Virus record (IMG/VR): IMGVR_UViG_3300027419_000023
DNA length: 64,000 nt
Source: a virus
Direction: 5' to 3' (one strand)
Shown: positions 29,293 through 38,546 of the stretch, one piece after another
Numbering within the stretch: position 1 is the stretch's first letter
Layout of the letters: each line of letters opens with the position of its first letter
Program-made: the position numbers and the translations under genes
The notes under the pieces: model-generated
Seen by the model: only the letters and a program-made list of their open reading frames with translations
What the model was told of the DNA's origin: nothing
The model's database searches: none

Positions 29293-30267
29293 TTATTTAG
29301 GCGGCCATTCCTTTATTAGATTCAGATTATATAAAGTTCTTCCATCAAAATATGCTTCTGGAATACAAGTCAAACGTTTAAATTGTGCACGTGTGGTTGT
29401 TATATTCCAATCACAAGGGCATTTATCAATAAAATCTTTTTCTGTCATAATAACATATCTTTGAAATATATTTCTAGATATTGCAAGAGGTCGCTCTGAA
29501 TCACCGAAGTTTAGTCTGTTTGGTCCTTGTGATACAGGATAATTAGTATATAAAACTTCAGTCCTATAAGTAGTTGCTTTACCGCTTGCAGATACTATAG
29601 GTATGTCATGATATTTTATAATCGGATTACCAAACGATTCATTTAAATCATCGCATTCGTATTCAGATAAAGCCCATTTATATTTAGCATTTTTAAGCAG
29701 TTCTATCATTCGTGGTCTATCAAAACTATCTGGCCTATATATACCAACATTTCCTGCTAAATAAGGAGGATCTAGGTATACGAACGATTCACTATCAAGA
29801 GGTAATGAATCTAATAATTCTATGGCATCTAATGAATACAATTCTGTATGGTGTAATAATTGTTTTGATAATAATATCCGATTTTTATAATCTGCAAGAT
29901 TATGGCCTCTATAACCAGTTATACCAGCGTTTTTTGTGCCTCCTGCCCATAAGACTAATGGTTCTAATATATTATATATATTTATATTAGTTTTTCTTAG
30001 TTCTAATACATCTTCTTTCGTTCTTAATTCTGGCAATATTTCTCCTTTATACGCTTTAATTGACTCAAAAAATGGAATCATTTGATTATCGTTCAAACAC
30101 CATCTAGTGTATCCATTTATCATTTTCATCAAGAAAAACATATTCCCTCTGCCAGCAAAAGGTTCGAAATAAGTAGAACCTTTAAGTGGGCACCACCTCA
30201 ATATAAATCTGCGGAGTCTTGCTTTACCTCCTCGGTATGTAAAATATGGAGCATCAACTAATTTCAT
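29293..30267 (-). CDS. DNA adenine methyltransferase (Dam/D12 class)
   Basis: Y.GGK, EPFAG.G, ND and YLDPPY motifs. Confidence 0.88.
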   Translation of the reverse strand: MKLVDAPYFTYRGGKARLRRFILRWCPLKGSTYFEPFAGRGNMFFLMKMINGYTRWCLNDNQMIPFFESIKAYKGEILPELRTKEDVLELRKTNINIYNILEPLVLWAGGTKNAGITGYRGHNLADYKNRILLSKQLLHHTELYSLDAIELLDSLPLDSESFVYLDPPYLAGNVGIYRPDSFDRPRMIELLKNAKYKWALSEYECDDLNESFGNPIIKYHDIPIVSASGKATTYRTEVLYTNYPVSQGPNRLNFGDSERPLAISRNIFQRYVIMTEKDFIDKCPCDWNITTTRAQFKRLTCIPEAYFDGRTLYNLNLIKEWPPK

Positions 30268-30283
30268 TTTATTTCTTCCTTGA

Positions 30284-30958
30284 TTATGTATATGGCAAAG
30301 GATCTTTGGTCTCATTTAATTCGAATGCCTCTATACGTTCAATGCAAGTCGGACAAGTTCCGCATGAAAGTTCTCCTGCATTATAGCAGCTGCGTGTTAT
30401 CTCATATGGCACACCTAAATTCAGACCAATCTTTACAATCTCGGCTTTCGTTAGATGAATAAATGGTGCCTCGATCCGAACAGGATGCCATAAGGTGGAA
30501 ATTCGAGTAGCTTCATTCAGAGCACTTAAGTAATTGGGCCTACAGTCTGGGTAGATAGCAGCATCCCCATTATGAGCCGCATACATCACGGTATTGATTC
30601 TACGAGCAGCTGCAATTCCTACTGCAATCGAAAGTAGAATTTGGTTACGATTAGGTACAACCGTTATCTTTGCAGACTCCTCTGTATACCCACAATTAGG
30701 TACAGCTATGTCTGGATTAGTAAGTGCACTAGAGTTAATATATCCAAATATAGGTTTAACATCAATGATATCATGCTGGATTTCTATTTCTTGCTCGCGA
30801 ATATACTTTATCATATTGCAAGCACAATCTATCTCTTTGGAATGTCTCTGCCCATAGTCAAATGTAATTGCATCCACATCGTCTCCGGAACTCAATAGAT
30901 CCCAAAGAAGTGTCGATGAGTCCATCCCACCCGAAAAAATTAATAGAACTTTACTCAT
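30284..30958 (-). CDS. queC: 7-cyano-7-deazaguanine (preQ0) synthase
   Basis: SGGMDS, YGQRH, VPNRN, YPDCR, SCY..CG.C..C. Confidence 0.95.
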   Translation of the reverse strand: MSKVLLIFSGGMDSSTLLWDLLSSGDDVDAITFDYGQRHSKEIDCACNMIKYIREQEIEIQHDIIDVKPIFGYINSSALTNPDIAVPNCGYTEESAKITVVPNRNQILLSIAVGIAAARRINTVMYAAHNGDAAIYPDCRPNYLSALNEATRISTLWHPVRIEAPFIHLTKAEIVKIGLNLGVPYEITRSCYNAGELSCGTCPTCIERIEAFELNETKDPLPYT

Positions 30959-31476
30959 TTTAGTAACTCCAATGTTTCCGATTTAAGACTTGCATTCTCT
31001 TTAAAAATCCCTCTAATAGCAGAACTTTCGGTAATTCCTGTCATCCTAGCTCCTCTTACTGTCATACAGCTATGGCATGCTTCTATTTTAACCATAACAC
31101 CTTTAACTCCTGGTATCCATTTAGTAAGATAATCAGCGATCTGGGCAGTCATATATTCCTGGAGTTGAGGCCGAGAAGCAAATTTTCTTACTGTTCTAGC
31201 GACTTTACTGAGCCCTATAATATGGGTACTCGGAAGGTATGCGATTGAAGCCTTTCCTGAAAAATTCATTAAATGATGTTGACAAAATGAAGTAAATTCT
31301 ATATTCTTGACTATTATCAAATCATCGCTAGTAGCTTCAAATACTCCTCTGCCTCGTTCAAGTTCGTCCCAGTCTCGCCAAAATTTAAATTCCTCCATCA
31401 TACGGTTAACACGATCTGGGGTATTTGCTTTGGCTTCTTCATCAAAAAGTTCATCTGGAAAATTAAGTCCTATCAT
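30955..31476 (-). CDS. folE: GTP cyclohydrolase I
   Basis: TP.RV, CQHH, GLSK..R, PQLQE, H.CM..RG. Confidence 0.93.
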   Translation of the reverse strand: MIGLNFPDELFDEEAKANTPDRVNRMMEEFKFWRDWDELERGRGVFEATSDDLIIVKNIEFTSFCQHHLMNFSGKASIAYLPSTHIIGLSKVARTVRKFASRPQLQEYMTAQIADYLTKWIPGVKGVMVKIEACHSCMTVRGARMTGITESSAIRGIFKENASLKSETLELLK

Positions 31477-31497
31477 TTATATTCAACTCAAAAATAT

Positions 31498-31905
31498 TTA
31501 AAGGTATTCTTCTGCATAATTCTCTTCTGATTCATGTACTCTAATTGTTATATGGTCGTTTTTATTAAGATGAATTATATTAACGAAATCATATAAAATA
31601 ATACTTGCTATATTTTCTGCGGTTGGATTACTATCGACAATTAGTATATCCATGCCAAGTTTTTGTAGAGGAACAAGTAAAGGATCCTCTTTATTCAATA
31701 TAGTTTTATGATCAAACTTTTCTGAAAAATATTGTTTTATAGACCTATAATCTATTAGCATTCCACAAGAATCAAGTTTACGATCGGACTGAATAAGAAC
31801 GTTCACTTTCCATGTATGTCCATGTAAATTATTACAACTACCAGAATAATTAAGCAAACGATGTGCAGCCGAAAATGTTATATTTTGAGATAATTTTAAT
31901 GTCAT
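31498..31905 (-). CDS. queD: 6-carboxytetrahydropterin synthase
   Basis: FSAAH.L, C.NLHGH.W, G..IDY, DH..LN, PTAEN, V.E; own AGGAG RBS and ATG at 31905. Confidence 0.92.
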   Translation of the reverse strand: MTLKLSQNITFSAAHRLLNYSGSCNNLHGHTWKVNVLIQSDRKLDSCGMLIDYRSIKQYFSEKFDHKTILNKEDPLLVPLQKLGMDILIVDSNPTAENIASIILYDFVNIIHLNKNDHITIRVHESEENYAEEYL

Positions 31906-32619
31906 TTTATCTTCTCCTATATAAATAGTTCCTATATGTTTTAATTCTTCTATTGAATTTATTTTTTCTAATTTTAAAATATCATCTATATATAATACTC
32001 TTAAATTTATTTTATTATACTTTAGAAAGAACCATCCAATTTTGTTTTTTGCTTCTGGCCTTATATATCCTTTAACCTCCCACCAAATATCTAATTCAGG
32101 TAAATAAAAATCCGGTGTATATGTCCTATCTGTCGGTATAGAAAAAGACTTTGGTTCGTATTCCCATTTAATCCCGATTTTAGTAAGTACCGTAGCGACT
32201 CGTGTCTCGTAACTAGACCTTAACCATATCTTTCTATCATTGTATGCAAAATAAGATCCATTTCCCCAATTACTTCCTATAGCAGATGATTTGCCATAAT
32301 TCGGATTATTTTTTCCACTCATTCGTATTGCCTGAGCAATTCGCCTTTCAGGTGTCCATGAAATCCTCATTTTTTCTTTAGCTTCAGGAGAAATTTTCTT
32401 CCCAGCATTTTTACCTTTCATTCCTTCTGACATTCTAACTAATGTTTCAGGTGATCTCTTCTTACCAAACAATGGATGTTTATTACCTCTCATTGCATTT
32501 CCTTTGCATTTATTTGAACAGAATTTTCCGCCGTTACGAAGTATTCTAGACTTAATAATATAAAAGTCTTTTCCGCAAAATTCGCATTTTCTTATGGTTC
32601 CACTTTTATTGTTTGGCAA
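31498..32619 (-). CDS. NUMOD3 / PD-(D/E)XK nuclease (homing-endonuclease-like) fused in frame to QueD
   Basis: CxxC...FCS..C, NUMOD3-like repeats, WLRSSYE..WEYE..PDFYLP..EVKG; no stop before QueD. Confidence 0.8.
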   Translation of the reverse strand: MPNNKSGTIRKCEFCGKDFYIIKSRILRNGGKFCSNKCKGNAMRGNKHPLFGKKRSPETLVRMSEGMKGKNAGKKISPEAKEKMRISWTPERRIAQAIRMSGKNNPNYGKSSAIGSNWGNGSYFAYNDRKIWLRSSYETRVATVLTKIGIKWEYEPKSFSIPTDRTYTPDFYLPELDIWWEVKGYIRPEAKNKIGWFFLKYNKINLRVLYIDDILKLEKINSIEELKHIGTIYIGEDKMTLKLSQNITFSAAHRLLNYSGSCNNLHGHTWKVNVLIQSDRKLDSCGMLIDYRSIKQYFSEKFDHKTILNKEDPLLVPLQKLGMDILIVDSNPTAENIASIILYDFVNIIHLNKNDHITIRVHESEENYAEEYL

Positions 32620-32689
32620 TAAAATTCTCCTAAAAAGGTGTTTATAAACAAAGGTGGTATTTTACCTATATATACTTGTTGGTCGTAAT

Positions 32690-33826
32690 CTATTTATATC
32701 TAAATAAATTAGCTTGCGGGTCTTTCTTAGGCAACTCTGAAAACAATGATTTATATCGTTCATATACAATAGAAGACTTATGATTTTCAAAGTCCTTAAA
32801 TATATTATTTATATTATCAAATAGCTGTAATTCTCCGATTGATCGAGAGTATTCGCGTAAGGTATCCTCATCATCTACCATACAGTTCATCATTCGATTG
32901 ACTTCTATATATTGATACATGTCGTGATATGACAACAGGAGCGGAGTCATCGGATCAGTTTGATTATAAAGTTCTGATATAGTCATTTTACTACATACAG
33001 GACAATCACATGGAACATCATTCACTGCGTTAGCGAATTCTCTCCCAAGTCGTATACAATGCCGTACATCTAGTGGGAACCAGTAGTCCCGGAATCTAGA
33101 TCCCCATGACCACGAAGACGAATCGAAAGTAATCGATGCACCCGTATACTTAGCTAGCATAGCAAGTGATAGCATATTGCTTGGACCGCTTACCCCAAAG
33201 AAATGTGTATTCGTAAGTGGACTTTCTTCTCCCTTCTCTAGTAGATATAAGTATGCAAATACTTTCAAGTACACGTTAGTGCTTGGATGTACTCCTATAG
33301 CCCATCCATCGAAACTAAAGTCCTTTACTTCCTTATACCAAGTATCTATTTGGTCGAGGGTACGCCCATGTAAAATATTATAAAGAGCAAAATCATAATT
33401 AGTACGATTATCCTCGAAGAATTTAAAATTTTCCTTTGATTCTGATAGAGCGCCTTCAAAGTCTCGTACAGGAGGCACATCTAAGTTCATTCCAATGTCT
33501 ACATTATTTTCAAGCCACCTTAATACCTGCATAGGCGTAACATCTACCTGCCTGCCTTTCTTGCCGAATGACATTACTTGGAAGCCGCCGCTGTCCCCTA
33601 ATGTAATAACATCTTCAGGATAATTCATTACATTTTTGTGATCTAAGTCATCGGCTGTTATACGATAGTATGCGCTCATTAATAGAAATTTGTGATCAAA
33701 AAATGAGTTGCCAGACTCGAAAAACTTGAATCCAGATCCTTTATATTCAGTATTTTTTAACCATTGTACGATATTATTATCTCCAATCGCAGGAACGTAG
33801 TTAGATCCTTTAGGAATTATTTTCAT
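32690..33826 (-). CDS. dpdA: TGT-family transglycosylase, DpdA-like paralog 1
   Basis: DSGGFQ, LDVPP, HG, HFFG, FDSSS, CxCxxC-x22-H; adjacent to the que genes; start at ATG 33826. Confidence 0.82.
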   Translation of the reverse strand: MKIIPKGSNYVPAIGDNNIVQWLKNTEYKGSGFKFFESGNSFFDHKFLLMSAYYRITADDLDHKNVMNYPEDVITLGDSGGFQVMSFGKKGRQVDVTPMQVLRWLENNVDIGMNLDVPPVRDFEGALSESKENFKFFEDNRTNYDFALYNILHGRTLDQIDTWYKEVKDFSFDGWAIGVHPSTNVYLKVFAYLYLLEKGEESPLTNTHFFGVSGPSNMLSLAMLAKYTGASITFDSSSWSWGSRFRDYWFPLDVRHCIRLGREFANAVNDVPCDCPVCSKMTISELYNQTDPMTPLLLSYHDMYQYIEVNRMMNCMVDDEDTLREYSRSIGELQLFDNINNIFKDFENHKSSIVYERYKSLFSELPKKDPQANLFRYK

Positions 33827-34973
33827 TTTTAACCTCTGGATAAGAGAACATATTTCGTTCAACTGAATCCGTATTCCTTAGTGTCATTAGATGTTTGTAC
33901 TTATTATAAGTTTTATCGCATCCATTGTTATGATAGTATTCTATCATAGATGATACTATTTTAACTGTTTTTTCTTCTCCAACTGATTTAGCGTATTCCA
34001 TGAATGCATAATCATCGGTTACTAACGCATTTACCATACGGTTGACTTCTATGTATTGATAGAGATTATGCAGCATTAACAGAGTGCCCACGTCAGTTCC
34101 GGTTCGTTGATACAAATCTTCAATTGTTAAGTTTCTGCATACTGGACAATTGCATGGAATGGATTTCATATTAAGTTTTGATGTTCTACCAAAATCAGTA
34201 CTAAATCTAATATCCTTAGGAAAATAAAATCTTCTATATATTGATCCGGTCGCATAAGAACTAGAATCAAATGTAATTGACGAATCGAAATGATTGCTCA
34301 GCATTGCCATTACAAGCATGTTCTTGATACCGCTTATTCCAAACATATGGAAGTTTGTATTTAAGTTAAGAGCGTCCTTTTCATGCAAAAACATGTAACC
34401 CAATGTTTGTAAATAAACATTATCTGCCGGCCTAACTCCTAGCGCCCACCCGTTAAAACTTTTAAATTTTTCAACGGCGCTATACCAAGTTTTCATTTCA
34501 TCTAGCGTTTTTCCATGCAACACATTATATAGCTTCATATCATAATTTATTCTATTTTTTTCAAATAATTCAAAGTTCTCAATAGATTCCTTTAATGATG
34601 CATTGAAATTGCTCCACGGAGGTACATCTAAATTCATCCCGATATCTGCATTAGCTTCCATCCAACGTAATACCTGTAACGAGCTTACTTCAATTTTATT
34701 TCCTTTGCTTCTAAAGTTCGCTATCTGAAATCCGCCAGAATCCGCTATAAGAATATAGTTTTCTGGATACTTATATTCATTTCTAAAACTTATAGTACCC
34801 TCTAGTAGTTCCCAATAGGTCGTAGTTAAAGCATAATTATATTGAAAAAATGAATCCCCTTGAAAGAATCTCATATCATGGTTTTTATATTTATAATTAC
34901 TTTTCCATAATTTACTTCTAAATACGTCTGCTACCGCAGGTATAAATATAGCCTTCTTTTCTAATGGTTGCAT
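33810..34973 (-). CDS. dpdA: TGT-family transglycosylase, DpdA-like paralog 2
   Basis: DSGGFQ, LDVPP, HG, HMFG, FDSSS, CxCxxC-x22-H. Confidence 0.82.
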   Translation of the reverse strand: MQPLEKKAIFIPAVADVFRSKLWKSNYKYKNHDMRFFQGDSFFQYNYALTTTYWELLEGTISFRNEYKYPENYILIADSGGFQIANFRSKGNKIEVSSLQVLRWMEANADIGMNLDVPPWSNFNASLKESIENFELFEKNRINYDMKLYNVLHGKTLDEMKTWYSAVEKFKSFNGWALGVRPADNVYLQTLGYMFLHEKDALNLNTNFHMFGISGIKNMLVMAMLSNHFDSSITFDSSSYATGSIYRRFYFPKDIRFSTDFGRTSKLNMKSIPCNCPVCRNLTIEDLYQRTGTDVGTLLMLHNLYQYIEVNRMVNALVTDDYAFMEYAKSVGEEKTVKIVSSMIEYYHNNGCDKTYNKYKHLMTLRNTDSVERNMFSYPEVKNENNS

Positions 34974-35046
34974 TAAAACACCTATAAAAATATAATCTAA
35001 AAATGTAAAAGAGATTCGAGTATAAAAAGGTTTTGCTCTCCGAGAT

Positions 35047-35712
35047 TTACGGCCGGAAGAACAATGGATGTCCGTTCTCGACGAATCTAAGATGTTCCGA
35101 AGCTATATTCACGATCCTCGGAAAGTCTCCGCCTCGAGCTATTAGTCCCGATCGTATATCCATTACTTCTTTTTCTGGATTGCCAACCTCGGTAAGTTTT
35201 CTTGCGATAGCACTTATAGTAGCGAACTTATTCCTCTTTAGGCTACTTACATCAAGTTCAGGTTTTGCTTCTGAACCCTCTGGAAATTCATGGACTTCAG
35301 TGTACTCGACACTCGGAACAGCTGGCTTAATAATAGCCAGTTTCTCCTTTATAACTAATTTACTAGATTCTTCTTCATCTGAGCGTTCGCTAGTTAATAC
35401 ACTATCATTAGAACTAGCTGGAGGCGTCTTAACAACAGAAGGCTCGGGAAGTTCCGAGTCTCCTGTTGAAGCAGCTTCTTCTGCATTATGGACTTCTGGT
35501 GTCACTATTTCTTTATGGGTGAAGGCTTGCCTCATCCTATTCCGGTATGTGGACGACACTGCATGCTTAGAGATTTCCGTTGCATTTTCAGGGATAATAT
35601 CCCCTATATGGAAAGCTCTATGGGTACTCTTTCCGTTCTCCTTTACAATTTTGTAGTATCTAACCTCTTTTCCACAGATCTTGCATATGTCTTTCTTTTC
35701 ATCGACTGACAT
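35047..35712 (-). CDS. Zn-finger hypothetical protein, paralog of 35772..36167 with a long acidic linker
   Basis: CKICG...THRAFH...STYR and shared C-terminal helix. Confidence 0.65.
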   Translation of the reverse strand: MSVDEKKDICKICGKEVRYYKIVKENGKSTHRAFHIGDIIPENATEISKHAVSSTYRNRMRQAFTHKEIVTPEVHNAEEAASTGDSELPEPSVVKTPPASSNDSVLTSERSDEEESSKLVIKEKLAIIKPAVPSVEYTEVHEFPEGSEAKPELDVSSLKRNKFATISAIARKLTEVGNPEKEVMDIRSGLIARGGDFPRIVNIASEHLRFVENGHPLFFRP

Positions 35713-35771
35713 TTTTATCACTCCATTACGTATTATTATAATTATTATAAATTTAATATTATGTCCGGAAC

Positions 35772-36167
35772 TCAATTCCGGACGATCTTTAGATATGGAG
35801 CAGCCAGCTCGATATCGGTCTGGAAATTGCTTCCCTTGGCCAGCATCTTTTTCCTCATCTCGGTTGCATCTTCTGCAGACATCCCGTTTTCCTTCATGAT
35901 ATTTATAGCTTCTGTTACCATCACGATGCGATTCATTCCAGTGGCGTCCAGCACCGGTACGGAGACGTGTCCATTATGGGGGATAGCATCCCGCAATCTC
36001 TTTCGGTATGTCGGGCTAATATCATGGATGTCGTTTAGCACAATCATTCCAGCCGGTACCTCTCCTGCATGGAAAGCTCTATGCGTAATCTTCCCATCGG
36101 CCTTAATGACCTTTACGTATTCGACGTTCCTTCCGCAAACCGGGCATATGTTTTTCTTAGTGTACAT
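35772..36167 (-). CDS. Zn-finger hypothetical protein
   Basis: CPVCG...THRAFH...PTYR; promoter at about 36228-36243. Confidence 0.65.
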   Translation of the reverse strand: MYTKKNICPVCGRNVEYVKVIKADGKITHRAFHAGEVPAGMIVLNDIHDISPTYRKRLRDAIPHNGHVSVPVLDATGMNRIVMVTEAINIMKENGMSAEDATEMRKKMLAKGSNFQTDIELAAPYLKIVRN

Positions 36168-36361
36168 ATTTCATCATTCCTGCTGTAGTATCTTATACAT
36201 CAGCAATACTATATACGGCAGGCAAGTATTTAAAGGTTTTGCCATATGACCTAGCATTATTTGATAATATGTACGAAATCGATAACCATAAAAAATAGAT
36301 TGATTTTCTATTAGATGGACTGACGGAAATGCGCGACTAAAAAATATGAATTCGCGACGTG

Positions 36362-36823
36362 CTAGAAATCAAAAAGAGATTTACCACACTTCTTTTTAGG
36401 TTGCTTTACCTTTTCTATCTTTACTTCGCGAAGTCCTAGTAATTTTCTTTCCTTATTATCGCATCCTAATGATGTAGCTATTTGATTCCAATCAATATAA
36501 TCAAATACTTTCTTATTATGATTAAATTCTTGATCAGACCATTTGTAGTACTTCATTACGAGAGTTTTTTTCAATTCAAATGATTTATCTCTCGCTTCTT
36601 TTGATGACTTAGGATACTTTACATATACATTAGTATCTTTCATTCCTGATGCCAGCATATGCAGCGTAATCTGAGGATCCAAGAAAAATATATATTTATT
36701 TACTTCTTGACACCATGATAAATCTCGTATACTCGCGCTAGCCCATCGCAACAAAGGGTAGAGCATTTTGGTATCTACTTGAGATAATCTCTTTGCCTTG
36801 AGGTTATTAAAGCTATTATACAT
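36362..36823 (-). CDS. Clamp loader A-subunit-like (T4 gp62-like)
   Basis: Follows the RFC-like gene; LRW.S..., EVNKY, YY.WS pattern; C-terminal KSLFDF. Confidence 0.6.
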   Translation of the reverse strand: MYNSFNNLKAKRLSQVDTKMLYPLLRWASASIRDLSWCQEVNKYIFFLDPQITLHMLASGMKDTNVYVKYPKSSKEARDKSFELKKTLVMKYYKWSDQEFNHNKKVFDYIDWNQIATSLGCDNKERKLLGLREVKIEKVKQPKKKCGKSLFDF

Positions 36824-36833
36824 GAATATAATC

Positions 36834-37700
36834 CTATTTCATTAGTTTGATCATTAAATTCTCTATAAGGATTTCTTTCCATGCTACTTGGCCCAACCAT
36901 TTATATGATTCGGCAATAGATGTTACCGCGCGCTGTTTATATTCAGAAGATTCTGAACTATCATATATTGTTTGATCGAGATCTTTCAATAATTGTTCAT
37001 AGTCTGGATGACTGTCGAGAATAATCTGCCTAATGGAATTAAAGTCTTTCTTTTTTATTAATTCAAATATTTTTGTTGATAATTTTATTTCACTTAATAT
37101 TCGTGATGATGTTATACCATCCTTATTTTGTTCTATTTTGTTTATAGCAGACCGTATATCATTCCCTGTTTGATCGACTATTTTTTTTAGTGCATCCAAT
37201 TCATAAGGTATTTTTTCATTTTCGCATATAAATTTCAGACGATCGACTATTTGTTCTTTCGGTATATTATCAAATTTAATTAATATACATCTAGATTTTA
37301 ATGGATCTATAATACGATTTATGTAGTTACATGTTAATATAAATCTAGTATTTCGCGAATATGTTTCCATGGTGTTGCGAAGAGCGGTTTGGGCGTCTGG
37401 AGTTAAATGATCGGCTTCGTCTAGAAATACTATTTTTATATTACTATCCATGCTTTTAGTCGATGCAAAGTCTCTTACTTTATCTCGCACGACATCAATA
37501 CCGCGTTCTGAGCTTGCATTCAATACTATATAATCGCATTTTAATGTATTTATAATAATTCTTGCCAGCGTAGTTTTTCCTATACCAGGGCTTCCATAGA
37601 GTAATAAGTGAGGTAAAGAGTCATCGATGTTAAAGGTATTATTAAATCCTATTAAATCTTCTATCTTTTGAGGCCGATATTTTTCAACAAGTAATGGCAT
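36834..37700 (-). CDS. Clamp loader AAA+ subunit (RFC small subunit / T4 gp44-like)
   Basis: [36 protein letters not shown]. Confidence 0.93.
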   Translation of the reverse strand: MPLLVEKYRPQKIEDLIGFNNTFNIDDSLPHLLLYGSPGIGKTTLARIIINTLKCDYIVLNASSERGIDVVRDKVRDFASTKSMDSNIKIVFLDEADHLTPDAQTALRNTMETYSRNTRFILTCNYINRIIDPLKSRCILIKFDNIPKEQIVDRLKFICENEKIPYELDALKKIVDQTGNDIRSAINKIEQNKDGITSSRILSEIKLSTKIFELIKKKDFNSIRQIILDSHPDYEQLLKDLDQTIYDSSESSEYKQRAVTSIAESYKWLGQVAWKEILIENLMIKLMK

Positions 37701-37731
37701 TAAAATCCTCCTAAAAAAGTGAAGTTAAGGT

Positions 37732-38454
37732 TTAGCTAGTCTGTACTTCATCGACTGGAGATACAGGAGATACCATCCATTTGATGACACTATCTGTATC
37801 TTTACTGACTATCAGCATCGGATAGTCGTTATTAAAAGAAATATTAACTCGTCCTGTTATAACGGATATAAATTCTAAGAAAGTGCATCCATATTTCCCG
37901 ATAACGTCCTTATAGTCGGCTGATGTTTTTATAGTTATCTTATTAAAATTATCCTCGCCTGTTCGGACATATAGTATCCTATCTTTTACTTCTGCAATGA
38001 CTCCTATTTTGCTGGTACCTAATATTTGAGTCGACTTCTTAACATTTGTCCAAATAGCGCTATCTACTTCGAATCCTCCGTCATGTGCTAAGGTAGGCAA
38101 TTCTTCGAGGTTACATTCCAAGAATTGTTCATCTGGAATAATCAAATCTGCATCTATTCCACTAGATGATATATGGAAAATATTTTCTCCTTGCCGGGAC
38201 AATTCTATAGTACCATTCATAGTGCCTAATATGCTAATTAAGGTAGACATATTTTTAATTGGTACATTCATTTCATGATATTCGGTGAAGTTACTAATTT
38301 TCAGGAGACCCGTAGTCGCACCGGTCATCGTTATGTCTTTTAGTGTAACTACAAGACCTTCAGGACCGAACTTTAAAATTCCATCTGTTATACTACCATT
38401 TATACTTACTTTCTTTATAAAGTCTAATAGTGTCTTTGCGTTGATTTTCGTCAC
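37732..38454 (-). CDS. DNA sliding clamp (PCNA / gp45-like)
   Basis: 240 aa, two-domain beta-alpha pattern, terminal 'WMVSP'; directly upstream of the clamp loader. Confidence 0.7.
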   Translation of the reverse strand: MTKINAKTLLDFIKKVSINGSITDGILKFGPEGLVVTLKDITMTGATTGLLKISNFTEYHEMNVPIKNMSTLISILGTMNGTIELSRQGENIFHISSSGIDADLIIPDEQFLECNLEELPTLAHDGGFEVDSAIWTNVKKSTQILGTSKIGVIAEVKDRILYVRTGEDNFNKITIKTSADYKDVIGKYGCTFLEFISVITGRVNISFNNDYPMLIVSKDTDSVIKWMVSPVSPVDEVQTS

Positions 38455-38546
38455 TTATAATACCTCGCTAAAAAATAGAATTCGTATAATTCTATGCTAG
38501 TTAATCTAGTTAAAATAATAGTATATAAAGATTTTGGTTGTTCTTT

